The notes under the pieces were generated by a model. The model saw only the letters and a list, made by a program, of their open reading frames with translations, did not search any database and was not told the origin of the DNA. DNA of 51,468 bases from a bacterium (lineage in GTDB: Bacteria; Patescibacteriota; Minisyncoccia; Minisyncoccales; RBG-13-42-11): positions 1 to 51,468 of the forward strand of contig JAUSLA010000015.1 in assembly GCA_030646565.1 (NCBI GenBank), given 5' to 3'. Shown here one piece after another: positions 24,968-35,291 of this stretch. Position 1 is the stretch's first letter, and the number at the start of each line of letters is the position of its first letter. Made by a program: the position numbers and the translations under genes.

Positions 24968-26581
24968 ATGCTTCGTCAAGAAATCATAAAATTAATAGAA
25001 AAGGCAATAAAAGAGCTTCGAAAAGAAAAAAAGTTATCTAAATTTGACATTGGCAAAATACAAGTTGAATGTCCGGAAAACGGGATTAACGGCGATTACG
25101 CCGCAAATATAGCGATGGCGATTGCGAAAATTGAGAAAAATAACCCGATGGGAACAGCGGAGAATATCAAATCCCAAATCTTAAATCTCAAATCCGGGCT
25201 TTTTGAAAAAATCGAAATAGCGAAGCCCGGCTTTATAAATTTTTTTGTTTCCAAAGAATATTTGCAAAATCAAATTGGAGTAATTCTAAAGCAAAAGGAA
25301 TCCTTCGGCAAGCTTAGGATTGGCCGCGGCCAAAAAGTTAATATAGAATTTATTTCAGCTAATCCTACGGGTCCCCTGACGGTTGGAAACGCCCGGGGCG
25401 GGCCCTTTGGAGATGTTTTAGGAAATGTTTTGAAAAAAGCCGGATTTAAAGTAAAAAAGACATATTACGTTAATGATTATGGAATGCAAATTTTAACGCT
25501 CGGCCATTCCGTTTTAAAAGATGAAAAAGCCCAATATAAAGGAGATTATATTGATTATTTAAATAAAAAAATAAAAGAGAAAGATCCCTATCAAGCGGGC
25601 AAGGAAGCGGCAGAAATGATTATTAAGAGAATGATTAAAAAAACAACCGATAAAATGGGCATTAGATTCAATGAATGGATTTGGGAAAGCGAGTTTCATA
25701 AGTCGGGAGCCGTAGACAAAGTTTTAGAATTTTTGAAGAGCAAAAATTTAATTTATAAAAAAGAAGGAGCCTTGTGGTTTAAATCATCAAAATTCGGAGA
25801 CTCCAGAGACAGGGTGGTGAGAAAACAAGACGGCTTGAAAACTTATTTGGCCGGGGATATCGCTTTCCATCAATATAAATTTGAAAAATTTGACAAGGCC
25901 ATCAATGTCTGGGGTTCAGATCATTCGGGCGATGTAGCCGGATTGCAGGCGGTTGCTGCCGCTCTCGGCCATAAAGGAAAGCTTGATATTATTCTTTTGC
26001 AGTTTGTCACTTTGTCTGAAGGAAAAGAAAAGCTGAAAATGTCAAAAAGATTAGGAGTTTATGTAGCGATGGACACATTGCTTAAGGAGGTGGGTTCTGA
26101 TATAGTTAGATTTATTTTTCTCCAAAAATCAGCAGGCTCTCACTTAAATTTTGATTTGTCTTTGGCAAAAGAGCAATCGCAAAAAAATCCCGTATATTAT
26201 ATCCAATACGCTTTCGCCAGAATATGCAGTATTCTCAAAAAATATGAAACGGAAAAAAACGGAGAAGCAATAACAGTGTCTTTAATTATACAATCTTCTC
26301 TTTGTAAATTTATTATTCATCCTACGGAACTGGAGCTTATCAAGCAGCTTTTAAGATTTCCAGAAATTATTGAAGATACAGCCAACGATTATCAGGTTCA
26401 AAGGTTGCCGCAATATGCTTTGGATTTAGCATCCGCCTTCCATCGATTTTACCGGGACTGCAAGGTTGTCTCCGAGGGAGAGGATTTAACCCAAGCTCGT
26501 TTATTGTTGGTTTTCTGTGTTAAAATTGTTCTAAAAAACACTTTAGATTTAATGGGCATATCTGCGCCGGAAAAAATGTAA
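24968..26581 (+). CDS. argS: Arginine--tRNA ligase
   Basis: GDYA.NIA, EFISANPTGPL.VG..R, KMSKR.G, YIQYA.ARI and GISAPEKM motifs. Confidence 0.97.
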   Translation: MLRQEIIKLIEKAIKELRKEKKLSKFDIGKIQVECPENGINGDYAANIAMAIAKIEKNNPMGTAENIKSQILNLKSGLFEKIEIAKPGFINFFVSKEYLQNQIGVILKQKESFGKLRIGRGQKVNIEFISANPTGPLTVGNARGGPFGDVLGNVLKKAGFKVKKTYYVNDYGMQILTLGHSVLKDEKAQYKGDYIDYLNKKIKEKDPYQAGKEAAEMIIKRMIKKTTDKMGIRFNEWIWESEFHKSGAVDKVLEFLKSKNLIYKKEGALWFKSSKFGDSRDRVVRKQDGLKTYLAGDIAFHQYKFEKFDKAINVWGSDHSGDVAGLQAVAAALGHKGKLDIILLQFVTLSEGKEKLKMSKRLGVYVAMDTLLKEVGSDIVRFIFLQKSAGSHLNFDLSLAKEQSQKNPVYYIQYAFARICSILKKYETEKNGEAITVSLIIQSSLCKFIIHPTELELIKQLLRFPEIIEDTANDYQVQRLPQYALDLASAFHRFYRDCKVVSEGEDLTQARLLLVFCVKIVLKNTLDLMGISAPEKM

Positions 26582-26587
26582 AAATAT

Positions 26588-27190
26588 ATGCTAAAGTTAA
26601 AAAATCGATATTTTCTTTTGCGCCACGGCCAGTCCTTTGTAAATTTAAAAGGGCTTGTTTCTTGCTGGCCGGAAAAGATTTATTCTCCCTTAACCAAAAG
26701 AGGAGTAGAACAGGTTAAAATAACCGCAAAAAAACTGAAAAATAAGAAGATTGATTTAATCTTTTCTTCAGATATGCTAAGAACGAAACAAACCGCTCAA
26801 ATCGCCGCAAAAGCAGTGGGCTTAAAAATAAAATTTGATAAAAGATTAAGAGATATTTATATGGGAGTTTTTAACGAAAAGCCTATAAAAGAAGCAGGAA
26901 AATTCTGGGCAATTGAAGGGAAAAAGCTTTCTGCTCTGGAATATTATAAAAGGAGGTTTATAATTAATCCCCCCAAGGGAGAAAACTACATTGACGTGGA
27001 AAGGAGAATGTTGAGTTTTATTAAGGATGTGGAAAAAAAATATCAAGGAAAAAATATCTTGCTTGTTGGCCATAAGCGTCCCTTTAGCCTGCTCGAGAAA
27101 ATTATTTTAAATTTGGGCGTTAAAAAGTTTGTTGAGGAAATAATTCAGGAAAAAGAGATGAAAAACGGAGAGTTGCGCGAGATTCGGTAG
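26588..27190 (+). CDS. Histidine phosphatase family protein
   Basis: LLRHGQS, SSD.LRT.QTA and LLVGH motifs. Confidence 0.88.
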   Translation: MLKLKNRYFLLRHGQSFVNLKGLVSCWPEKIYSPLTKRGVEQVKITAKKLKNKKIDLIFSSDMLRTKQTAQIAAKAVGLKIKFDKRLRDIYMGVFNEKPIKEAGKFWAIEGKKLSALEYYKRRFIINPPKGENYIDVERRMLSFIKDVEKKYQGKNILLVGHKRPFSLLEKIILNLGVKKFVEEIIQEKEMKNGELREIR

Positions 27191-27247
27191 GCGATGAGGA
27201 CTGCGTCCTCATCTTCAATCTTCGCTTTCGTTATGCGAAAGCTTGAT
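27188..27247 (-). repeat. Family A element spanning the phosphatase-ileS spacer and overlapping the TAG stop
   Basis: taggcgatgaggactgcgtcctcatcttcaatcttcgctttcgttatgcgaaagcttgat. Confidence 0.85.
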
Positions 27248-27249
27248 TT

Positions 27250-30200
27250 ATGGATTTAGATTTCCCGAAAATAGAAACAAAAATATTAAAATTCTGGCAA
27301 GAAAAAAAGATTTTCGAGAAGCTTCGCAAAAAAAATCAAGGCCAAAAACGCTGGTCATTTTTAGATGGGCCGATAACGGCAAACAATCCAATGGGCGTCC
27401 ATCACGCTTGGGGGAGAACATATAAAGATTTATTCCAAAGGTATAAGGCAATGCAAGGTTATGATCAAAGGTTTCAAAACGGTTTTGATTGCCAGGGCCT
27501 TTGGGTTGAGGTGGAAGTAGAAAAAGAGCTTGGTTTTAAAACAAAAAAAGATATTGAAAAATACGGCATAGCCGAATTTATTGAAAAATGCAAAGAAAGA
27601 GTGAGAAAATACTCAAAAATTCAAACTGCGCAATCTCTTCGGCTTGGCCAGTGGATGGATTGGGAAAATTCTTATTATACGATGTCTGACGAAAACAACT
27701 ATGCTATATGGCAGTTTTTAAAAAAATGTTGGCAGGGAGGCCAGGTTCGCAAGGGTCGAGACGCTATTCCTTGGTGCCCTAGATGCGAAACCGCGATTTC
27801 CCAGCACGAGATTTTAACAGAAGATTATAAAGAGGTGACGCACGAATCTATTTATCTTGAATTTCCAATCGCGGGCAGGCAAAATGAATTTTTACTCGTT
27901 TGGACAACAACTCCTTGGACTATTCCAGCCAACATCGCCGTGGCGGTGGATGAGAAATTGGATTATTCATTAGTTGAAGGCAATTCAGGCGATTTTTTCT
28001 GGCTCGCCAAAGATTTGATAAGGAATGTTTTTAAAGTCGAAGAACTACGTTCTTCTTCATCTTCGTTTTCGCCATGCGAAAACTCGATAAAAAAATATAA
28101 AAAAATTATAAAAACTGTAAAAGGTAAAGAGCTTATTGGTTTAAAATACCGGGGACCGTTTGATAATTTAGACGCAGTGCGGAAAGTTGCTGATGAGAAC
28201 CAAGACAAATTCCATTTAATTATCGCAACGGATGAGCGTATAATGCCAATATCAATTGATGAGGGTACGGGTTTGGTGCATATCGCAGTAAGCGCCGGCG
28301 AGGAAGATTTTAAACTGGGTCAAAAATATGACTTGCCGATAATTCCCGTTATTGCCGATAATGCTGATTATCTTCCCGGGTTTGGTGATTTTTCCGGGAA
28401 AAACGCTAAAAATAATCCCCGTTTGATCCTTGATTATCTGATGGAAAAGGAAAAAACAGGCGAAGATTGGGTTTTTAAAATAGCTCCCTACGTTCATCGT
28501 TATCCTGTTTGTTGGCGATGCAAAACAGAACTTGTTTGGAAGGTTGCCGATGAGTGGTATATTTCTATGGATAAATTGAGGGGTCAATTGGCTAAGGCCG
28601 CCAAAAAAATTAAATGGATTCCATCTTTTGGATTAGACAGAGAGCTTGATTGGCTGAAAAATATGCATGATTGGCTAATTTCTAAAAAGCGTTATTGGGG
28701 GCTGGCTTTACCGATTTTTGAGTGTAAAAAATGCAATAATTTTGAAGTTATTGGAAGTAAAGAAGAGTTGGAAGCGAAGGCGGTTTCCGGATGGGAGCAA
28801 TTTAAAAATCATTCTCCTCACAGACCATGGATAGATGAAGTAAAAATCAAGTGTTCAAAATGCGGCGCAATCGTTTCTCGTATTCCAGACGTCGGCAATC
28901 CCTGGCTTGACGCCGGGATTGTGCCATTTTCTACGATGGGATATTTTTCCGATAAAAGATATTGGCAAAAATGGTTTCCAGCTGATTTTATTTGCGAATC
29001 ATTTCCCGGCCAGTTTAAGAATTGGTTTTATTCTCTGATTGTAATGAGCGCGGTTTTAGAGGGCGTGGGACCCGCAAAAACAATTTTTGGCCATGCTATG
29101 GTGCGCGATGAAAAGGGAGAGGAAATGCATAAATCCAAAGGAAACGCTATATGGTTTGACGAAGCTGTGGAGAAAATTGGAGCAGAGCCTATGCGTTGGA
29201 TGTATGCAAAATCAAATCCGGCGCATAACTTGCTTTTTGGGTATAAATCTGCAGAAGAAATTAAAAGAAAATTATTAACCCTCTGGAATAATTTTATCTT
29301 TTTTAAAACTTATTCAAAAACCGAGTCCCTCCTATATCGGGACGAGGTGAAGATGAGTGCGAAGAAAAGTTTTTCTTCTTTCGTCTCGTCTTCGACTCGA
29401 CGGCCGAAGTCCTCATCGCCTTCAAGTAATATTTTAGACAAATGGATTGTGTCTTGCTTGAACAACTTGATTGAAAAAGTTACCAAAAATTTGAACGAAT
29501 ATAACGCCGCAGTAGCTGTTGCGATAGAAGATTTTTTTATAGAAGATCTCTCCTTGTGGTATATCCGGAGGTCTCGTAAAAGATTCCAAAAACCGAAAAA
29601 TGATAAAGAAAAAAAAGAGGCGGTTCAAACTCTTCGCTACGTTCTTTTAAATCTAATAAAGCTGATTGCCCCTATGATGCCATTTTTATCCGAAGAAATT
29701 TATCAAAATTTAAAAACAAAGAAATTACCAGAATCCGTCCATCTTTGCGATTGGCCAGAAGCTGATAAAAAATTCATTAATGAAAAATTAGAAAAGCAGA
29801 TGCAGGAAGTTAGAGAAATTGCCGCAAAAGCTTTGGCCGAAAGAGCCAAGACAGGAATAAAAGTCAGACAGCCGCTCGCTTCTCTTAAGATAAAATCTTT
29901 GCCTACCGGCAGACGGGTCAAAAATGATAGAGAATTACTGGAGTTGATAAAAGAAGAAGTTAATATTAAAGAGATAATCTTTGATTCTAAGATAAAAAAC
30001 GAAGTGGAGCTGGATACAAAAATTACTCCAGAACTAAAAGAAGAAGGGATTATTAGGGAGATTATCCGCAACATCCAGGACTTAAGAAAAAAGGCAGGTT
30101 TAAAGCCGGAAAACAAGATTTTAGTCGTTTATTCGGCAGGTCCTAAACTAAACAAGATTTTGGAAAGGAATAAAAAATTTCTTTTGGCGGAAGCTAAAGT

Positions 30201-30306
30201 AAAGGACTTAATTTGCGAAGATAAATTCAAAAAATCGCTTGATGCGAAAAAAGATATTATGGTCGACAAGGAAAAATTATTATTAGCGATAAAAAAAGTT
30301 GGATAA
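27250..30306 (+). CDS. ileS: Isoleucine--tRNA ligase with three repeat-derived in-frame inserts
   Basis: DGP.TAN, GFDCQG, WTTTPWT, GTGLVH, CWRC, RYWG and MHKSKGN motifs. Confidence 0.95.
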   Translation: MDLDFPKIETKILKFWQEKKIFEKLRKKNQGQKRWSFLDGPITANNPMGVHHAWGRTYKDLFQRYKAMQGYDQRFQNGFDCQGLWVEVEVEKELGFKTKKDIEKYGIAEFIEKCKERVRKYSKIQTAQSLRLGQWMDWENSYYTMSDENNYAIWQFLKKCWQGGQVRKGRDAIPWCPRCETAISQHEILTEDYKEVTHESIYLEFPIAGRQNEFLLVWTTTPWTIPANIAVAVDEKLDYSLVEGNSGDFFWLAKDLIRNVFKVEELRSSSSSFSPCENSIKKYKKIIKTVKGKELIGLKYRGPFDNLDAVRKVADENQDKFHLIIATDERIMPISIDEGTGLVHIAVSAGEEDFKLGQKYDLPIIPVIADNADYLPGFGDFSGKNAKNNPRLILDYLMEKEKTGEDWVFKIAPYVHRYPVCWRCKTELVWKVADEWYISMDKLRGQLAKAAKKIKWIPSFGLDRELDWLKNMHDWLISKKRYWGLALPIFECKKCNNFEVIGSKEELEAKAVSGWEQFKNHSPHRPWIDEVKIKCSKCGAIVSRIPDVGNPWLDAGIVPFSTMGYFSDKRYWQKWFPADFICESFPGQFKNWFYSLIVMSAVLEGVGPAKTIFGHAMVRDEKGEEMHKSKGNAIWFDEAVEKIGAEPMRWMYAKSNPAHNLLFGYKSAEEIKRKLLTLWNNFIFFKTYSKTESLLYRDEVKMSAKKSFSSFVSSSTRRPKSSSPSSNILDKWIVSCLNNLIEKVTKNLNEYNAAVAVAIEDFFIEDLSLWYIRRSRKRFQKPKNDKEKKEAVQTLRYVLLNLIKLIAPMMPFLSEEIYQNLKTKKLPESVHLCDWPEADKKFINEKLEKQMQEVREIAAKALAERAKTGIKVRQPLASLKIKSLPTGRRVKNDRELLELIKEEVNIKEIIFDSKIKNEVELDTKITPELKEEGIIREIIRNIQDLRKKAGLKPENKILVVYSAGPKLNKILERNKKFLLAEAKVKDLICEDKFKKSLDAKKDIMVDKEKLLLAIKKVG
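28035..28088 (-). repeat. 54-bp family A element, in-frame in the ileS editing-domain region
   Basis: agtcgaagaactacgttcttcttcatcttcgttttcgccatgcgaaaactcgat, read as VEELRSSSSSFSPCENSI. Confidence 0.88.
29320..29421 (+). repeat. 102-bp composite family A element (nested module), in-frame in ileS
   Basis: accgagtccc..gggacgaggtgaagatgag[tgcgaag..ctcgac]ggccgaagtcctcatcgcct; removal gives YSKSSNILDKWI. Confidence 0.9.
29899..29917 (+). repeat. Short TGCCTACCGGCA palindromic insert in ileS
   Basis: ttgcctaccggcagacggg (LPTGRR), GC-rich in an AT-rich context. Confidence 0.45.
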
Positions 30307-30308
30307 AT

Positions 30309-30680
30309 ATGTCTATAAATGATAAAAAACAAGTATTAGGTCAAGGAGGCGCAAAACCGGCCAAGCCAGATACTTCAATATTTGGAGGAAAGCCCTATTT
30401 AACAATGAATGAAGCTATATGGAAACTGAAACAGGCGTCTCCTGCTATTCCCAATGCTGGAGGCGCTACGTACTCACGGGATCAAATAAGGAAAATGGCA
30501 GAAGATGTGAAAAATGATCTGCGAAGATATGGCGCTGAAAGTTATATGGACCCCAAAAAAAATCTTCCTAAATATTTTAAAGATTTGAAAAGGAAAGAAG
30601 TTTCGGCTCCGACTACAGCTGAAAAAATAGAAGCAAGAAAAAAGATGGATTTTTTGAGCAAACACTTATTGGGCAAGTAA
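30309..30680 (+). CDS. Hypothetical protein
   Basis: 123-aa ORF packed tightly between ileS and recO. Confidence 0.75.
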   Translation: MSINDKKQVLGQGGAKPAKPDTSIFGGKPYLTMNEAIWKLKQASPAIPNAGGATYSRDQIRKMAEDVKNDLRRYGAESYMDPKKNLPKYFKDLKRKEVSAPTTAEKIEARKKMDFLSKHLLGK

Positions 30681-30681
30681 A

Positions 30682-31404
30682 ATGTTTACTCATTACAGGA
30701 CTCAAGGATTTATCCTGGGAAAAACAGACAGGGGGGAATTTGACCGTGTCGTCACAATTTATACAAAGGATTTCGGCAAGATGGATTTTTTGGCCAAGGC
30801 CGAAAGAAAAATCAATTCGAAATTAAGAGGAGGGCTGGGATTGTTTTATTTATCAGACATTGAATTCATTCAGGGCAAGGCCTACAAAATCTTAACAGAT
30901 GTAATTTTAATCAATAATTTTGAAAATTTAAGAAAAGATTTTAAGATATCGGCCTTGTCTTTCAAAATTGCCAAAACCTTAGATTCTCTTATTAGGGGCC
31001 AGGAGTCCGACTTAAGAATTTGGGAGTTTTTGAATGAAATTTTTGAAAAATTAAGCAATCGGCCATTGGCTATTAGCCACTGGCAATTATTATATTATTA
31101 TTTTCTCTGGAACCTTTTTTCAATATTGGGCTATCGGCCGGAATTATATTTTTGTTCTGTCTGCCGAAAAAAATTGACGTTCGGGAAAATTTATTTTAGT
31201 TTCAAAACAGGAGGATTGGTTTGCAGCTCTTGTCAAGGATCATTAGCCAAAGAGGTTAATCCGAATGCTGTAAAAATAATCAGAATTATCATTAAAGGGG
31301 ATTGGCCCACTTTAAAAAAGCTGAAATTTGGCGCAGAAGATTTAAAATCGCTCGAAATATTTTCCAAGCATTATCTTCTGGAGGTTTTGAGTGAAACGGA
31401 ATAA
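30682..31404 (+). CDS. recO: DNA repair protein RecO
   Basis: E.DR....YT..FGK....AK, RK..SKL and LGY.PEL..C..C..GG.VC..C motifs. Confidence 0.92.
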   Translation: MFTHYRTQGFILGKTDRGEFDRVVTIYTKDFGKMDFLAKAERKINSKLRGGLGLFYLSDIEFIQGKAYKILTDVILINNFENLRKDFKISALSFKIAKTLDSLIRGQESDLRIWEFLNEIFEKLSNRPLAISHWQLLYYYFLWNLFSILGYRPELYFCSVCRKKLTFGKIYFSFKTGGLVCSSCQGSLAKEVNPNAVKIIRIIIKGDWPTLKKLKFGAEDLKSLEIFSKHYLLEVLSETE

Positions 31405-31434
31405 ACTGATAGTATTTATTAAAGAACGTTTTTT

Positions 31435-33102
31435 ATGTTCAATAAACTTAACCTTTCCATTGTTATTTTGGCCTTAGCCACCGGTATTTTGGGTTTTTAT
31501 TATTATCAGAAAAATATCTACTCAAAGGAAACGCTTAAATTGGAAATTTTGAGCCAGGATTCGGTCGACCTCCTTGAAGAAGTTGAATATATTGTTAAAT
31601 ATAAAAACAACGGAAACGCCCGGTTGGAAGAGCCGGAACTTACTTTTGAATTTCCGGAATACTCCATTCCAGCAGGAGAGAATTCTTTAAGGGTCGTTAA
31701 AAAAACCGAAGATCTGGGAGGGCCTATTTATCCCGGCCAGGAAAAAATATTCAGGTTCAAAGCAAGACTTTTAGGCAAGGAGAATGAGGCAAAAATTGCC
31801 AAGGCCACTTTGTCTTACCAACCCAAAAATTTGAAAGCCCGTTATGAATCCGCTACCAGTTTTATTACCGTAATTAAAAAAGTGCCCCTTACTTTTGAAT
31901 TTGACCTGCCCTCCCAAAGCGAATCAGGAAAAGATATCAGATTCAAATTAAATTATTTTTCCAATACAGATTATCCTATTCAAAACTTAAGAATTACAGT
32001 TGAATATCCTTCAGATTTTGAGTTTATTGAATCAACGCCAAAGTCCCTGGAAAAAATAGAGTGGGATTTAGGTTCTTTGAACAAAGCAGAAGGCGGCCGG
32101 ATTGAAATTGCGGGAAAATTAAGGGGCAATATTAACGACGAGAAAATCTTTCAAGCGAAAATAGGAATCTGGCAGGGCGGAGAATTTATTTTATTGAAAA
32201 CAGCGCAAAAGGGAGTGGAGATAGCCAAGCCCGACATTAATATTACCCAGCAAATCAACGGCAGCCCCGATTATACGGCTTCGCCCGGAGATCTTCTGCA
32301 TTATGAAATTTCTTTCAAGAACTTTGGAGAAGTGCCATTGACCAATCTTTTTTTGATAAACAGATTAGACGGGGCAGCATTTGATTTTCAGACGCTCAAA
32401 TCCAATTCCGGAGATTTTGAACCCGGAGACAATTCAGTTGTCTTTGACTGGAAACGGGTTCAAGAGCTTCAATTTTTAAATGTCGGAGGAGAAGGAAAGG
32501 TTGAATTTTGGATAAAATTGAAAGAGGACTTCGGAGTTCTTAACAATACCGCAATTCAGAATAAAGTTTATCTTTCCCAGGCAAAAGAAGAGTTTATTAA
32601 TAAGGTCAATACAAAACTGGTCATAGACCAGAAGGGATATTTCCAGGATGAAATTTTTGGTAATTCAGGCCCTATACCCCCTAAAGTCGGAGAGAGCACC
32701 ACTTATACAATAACCTGGCAAGCGAAAAATTATTATAATAATACAAAAAACATTAAAGTAAAAGCTGTTTTACCGAGAGAAGTGAAGCTTACCGGCAAAA
32801 TTTTTCCGGAAGGAGAAGCTGGTAAATTCGCTTTTGATTCCCTTTCGCGTGAACTAGTTTGGGAGGTTGGCGAAATGTCTGCGGGCCAGGGAGTCCAAAA
32901 CTCTCCGCTAAATATCTCTTTTCAGGTTGTGTTTATCCCGACTGCTTCGCAAATAGGAATGACAGCAGAACTCATCGGCCAAGCCAGTATTACGGGAGAG
33001 GACCAATGGACAAAGGACTCTATTTTAGCTCTTGATTCCGCTATCACCACCGATTTGCCGGACGACGACACTGTTTCCGAACAGCAAGGCATCGTCCAGT
33101 AG
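31435..33102 (+). CDS. Membrane-anchored beta-rich (Ig-like/DUF11-type) surface protein
   Basis: N-terminal TM helix; repeated beta-sandwich segments (Y.I.Y.N.G, W.LG.L). Confidence 0.75.
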   Translation: MFNKLNLSIVILALATGILGFYYYQKNIYSKETLKLEILSQDSVDLLEEVEYIVKYKNNGNARLEEPELTFEFPEYSIPAGENSLRVVKKTEDLGGPIYPGQEKIFRFKARLLGKENEAKIAKATLSYQPKNLKARYESATSFITVIKKVPLTFEFDLPSQSESGKDIRFKLNYFSNTDYPIQNLRITVEYPSDFEFIESTPKSLEKIEWDLGSLNKAEGGRIEIAGKLRGNINDEKIFQAKIGIWQGGEFILLKTAQKGVEIAKPDINITQQINGSPDYTASPGDLLHYEISFKNFGEVPLTNLFLINRLDGAAFDFQTLKSNSGDFEPGDNSVVFDWKRVQELQFLNVGGEGKVEFWIKLKEDFGVLNNTAIQNKVYLSQAKEEFINKVNTKLVIDQKGYFQDEIFGNSGPIPPKVGESTTYTITWQAKNYYNNTKNIKVKAVLPREVKLTGKIFPEGEAGKFAFDSLSRELVWEVGEMSAGQGVQNSPLNISFQVVFIPTASQIGMTAELIGQASITGEDQWTKDSILALDSAITTDLPDDDTVSEQQGIVQ

Positions 33103-33162
33103 CGAGTCCCATTTATGGGACGAAGCTGAAGATGAGTCCCGCAGAGCGGGACTCATCGCCTA
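33101..33162 (+). repeat. Family A element; first ~32 nt identical to the copy at 18225
   Basis: agcgagtcccatttatgggacgaagctgaagatgagtcccgcagagcgggactcatcgccta. Confidence 0.9.
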
Positions 33163-33209
33163 CCAAATCCCGCTTTTTATTTCTTAATAAATTAGATAGA
33201 ATAAATCCA

Positions 33210-34541
33210 GTGGAAAATTTAATGCAAAAAATTGTATCTTTAGCTAAAAGACGGGGATTTATTTTTCAATCTTCGGAAATTTACGGCGGCATAGAAGCTT
33301 TTTGGGACTACGGGCCCTTGGGTTCCCTTTTAAAAAATAACATAAAACAGGAGTGGTTAAAAACTTTTGTTCAGAAAAGAGAAGACATAGTTTTGATTGA
33401 TACGCCAATTATTATGCATCCTAAAACTTGGGAAGCGTCAGGCCATTTAAAAAACTTTACAGATCCTCTGGTTGAATGCAAAAATTGCCATGGCAGATTC
33501 CGGGAAGACCATTTGATAAAAAAGGAATGCCCGAATTGCGGCAAAAAAGACTTCACCCCTTCAAAACAATTCAATCTAATGTTCAAAACATTTTTGGGGC
33601 CGGTTGAAGACGACTCCCACATCGCTTATTTAAGGCCGGAAACAGCCCAATCAATGTTTACGGATTTTAATCTGGCGCAAGAATCAATGCGGCTGAAACT
33701 GCCTTTCGGAATAGCGCAAATCGGCCGTTCTTTCAGAAATGAAATTACTACCGGTAATTTTATTTTTCGCTCAAGAGAATTTGAACAGGCTGAAATTGAA
33801 TATTTTGTGAAACCCGGCGAAGACGAAAAATTTTTTGAAGAATGGGTTGATAATTGGGAAAATTTTATTCTTAATCTCGGCATTAAAAAAGAAAATCTAA
33901 GAAGGTATGAACATAAAAAAGAGGCCTTATCTCATTATTCCAAAAGAACAATTGATATTGAGTATAAATATCCTTTTGGCTGGGCGGAGCTTACCGGTAT
34001 CGCGAATAGAACTAATTATGACCTTTCCCAGCATTCTAAGTTCTCGGGAAAAGAATTAGTTTATTTTGACGAAGAAACCAAAGAAAAATATACTCCTTTT
34101 GTGATAGAACCGAGTTTGGGAATAGACAGGCTTTTATTGGCATTGCTATGCGATGCTTATCAGGAAATTGAAGGCGGAAGAACCGAAACTACAAAATCTG
34201 CCAAAGAAACAGAGATTGTTTTAAAATTAAATAAAAAAATAGCGCCGGTCAAAGTTGCGGTTTTACCCCTGGTAAAGAACAAGCCGGAATTGGTCAAAAA
34301 AGCAAAAGAGGTTTATCAATTATTAAAACCCCATTTTATCTGCCAATATGACGAAGTCGGCTCAATCGGAAGAAGGTATCGTAGGATAGACGAGATAGGC
34401 TGCCCTTTTGCGATAACTGTTGATTTTGAAACACTGGAAAAAGGAGATGTTACTCTGCGCAACCGCGACACGATGAAGCAGGAAAGGGTAAAAGTAGAAG
34501 AATTAGTCAAAGCGATAAAAGAAAAATTGGAAGAAGAGTAA
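33210..34541 (+). CDS. glyQS: Glycine--tRNA ligase, homodimeric alpha2 type
   Basis: L.KRRGF...SEIYGG, YLRPETAQ, FRNEIT, FR.REFEQ.E and GSIGRRYRR.DE.G motifs. Start is GTG 33210 or ATG 33222; ATG 33132 lies inside the repeat. Confidence 0.95.
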   Translation: MENLMQKIVSLAKRRGFIFQSSEIYGGIEAFWDYGPLGSLLKNNIKQEWLKTFVQKREDIVLIDTPIIMHPKTWEASGHLKNFTDPLVECKNCHGRFREDHLIKKECPNCGKKDFTPSKQFNLMFKTFLGPVEDDSHIAYLRPETAQSMFTDFNLAQESMRLKLPFGIAQIGRSFRNEITTGNFIFRSREFEQAEIEYFVKPGEDEKFFEEWVDNWENFILNLGIKKENLRRYEHKKEALSHYSKRTIDIEYKYPFGWAELTGIANRTNYDLSQHSKFSGKELVYFDEETKEKYTPFVIEPSLGIDRLLLALLCDAYQEIEGGRTETTKSAKETEIVLKLNKKIAPVKVAVLPLVKNKPELVKKAKEVYQLLKPHFICQYDEVGSIGRRYRRIDEIGCPFAITVDFETLEKGDVTLRNRDTMKQERVKVEELVKAIKEKLEEE

Positions 34542-34586
34542 AAAGAAGGTTTGACGTAATTGAAAAATAAATTATAATAGAATTAT

Positions 34587-34787
34587 ATGGTAAAAGTAGT
34601 TGAGAGAAATTCAATAAAAATAGGCAAAGAACCGGTAGTGATTTTGACATTGAAAAAATGGGAAGAAATTGAAGAAACCATAGAGGATTTAGAAGATGCC
34701 GCGAGATTTAATATTGCTTTTGAGGAAAGCCGAGGTAAGAACTCCATTAGTTTAGAAAAGATAAAGAAAAAATATAAATTAAAATAA
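34587..34787 (+). CDS. Antitoxin of a type II TA pair
   Basis: 66 aa, acidic, PVVIL....WE...E.IEDLED. Abuts the RelE gene; upstream TTGACG-17-TATAAT. Confidence 0.78.
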   Translation: MVKVVERNSIKIGKEPVVILTLKKWEEIEETIEDLEDAARFNIAFEESRGKNSISLEKIKKKYKLK

Positions 34788-35072
34788 ATGTTCCAAGTTC
34801 TTTTTAGTTCTCGAGCAGAAAGAGAATTTGATAAATTATCCGCAGCATTAAAACAAGAATTTTATATTGAATTTAAAAAACTTTCAGAAAATCCGTTTTT
34901 ACATCCGCAAGTTAGAAAAATCGAAGGAACTAAATTTGGCTATCGCCTTCGTCTCGGACGCTGGCGAATTTTATTTGCCTTCTTTCAAAAAGAAAAAAGA
35001 ATTGAAATTGTTGATATATTTTTGAAAAAAGGTAGGGGAGATTATCGTAAAAGAAAACATCTTTTAGGTTAA
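34788..35072 (+). CDS. RelE/ParE-family toxin
   Basis: V.FS.RA.REF.KL, L.ENP, K..G and YRLR.G.WRI motifs. Confidence 0.88.
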   Translation: MFQVLFSSRAEREFDKLSAALKQEFYIEFKKLSENPFLHPQVRKIEGTKFGYRLRLGRWRILFAFFQKEKRIEIVDIFLKKGRGDYRKRKHLLG

Positions 35073-35080
35073 ATCCCTGC

Positions 35081-35158
35081 GACCGTGACACAATGAAACA
35101 GGAAAGAATAAAGACTGGTGAATTAATAAAAAACCTCGGGCTTTGTTTAAAAAATTAA
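35081..35158 (+). pseudogene. Diverged duplicate of the glyQS 3' end
   Basis: DRDTMKQERIKTGELIKNL.. versus GlyRS NRDTMKQERVKVEELVKAI. Confidence 0.82.
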
Positions 35159-35291
35159 ACAGTTGCCAGTATTTGTACAAGCCCTTTAGGGCTTGATTTT
35201 TTATGGAAGGATGATATAATCCGGGCAGAATAAAAGTGCTGATTTATCGGTCGCCTGACCTTAATGGCAGGCAAAAAAGGAGGAAGCGAAA

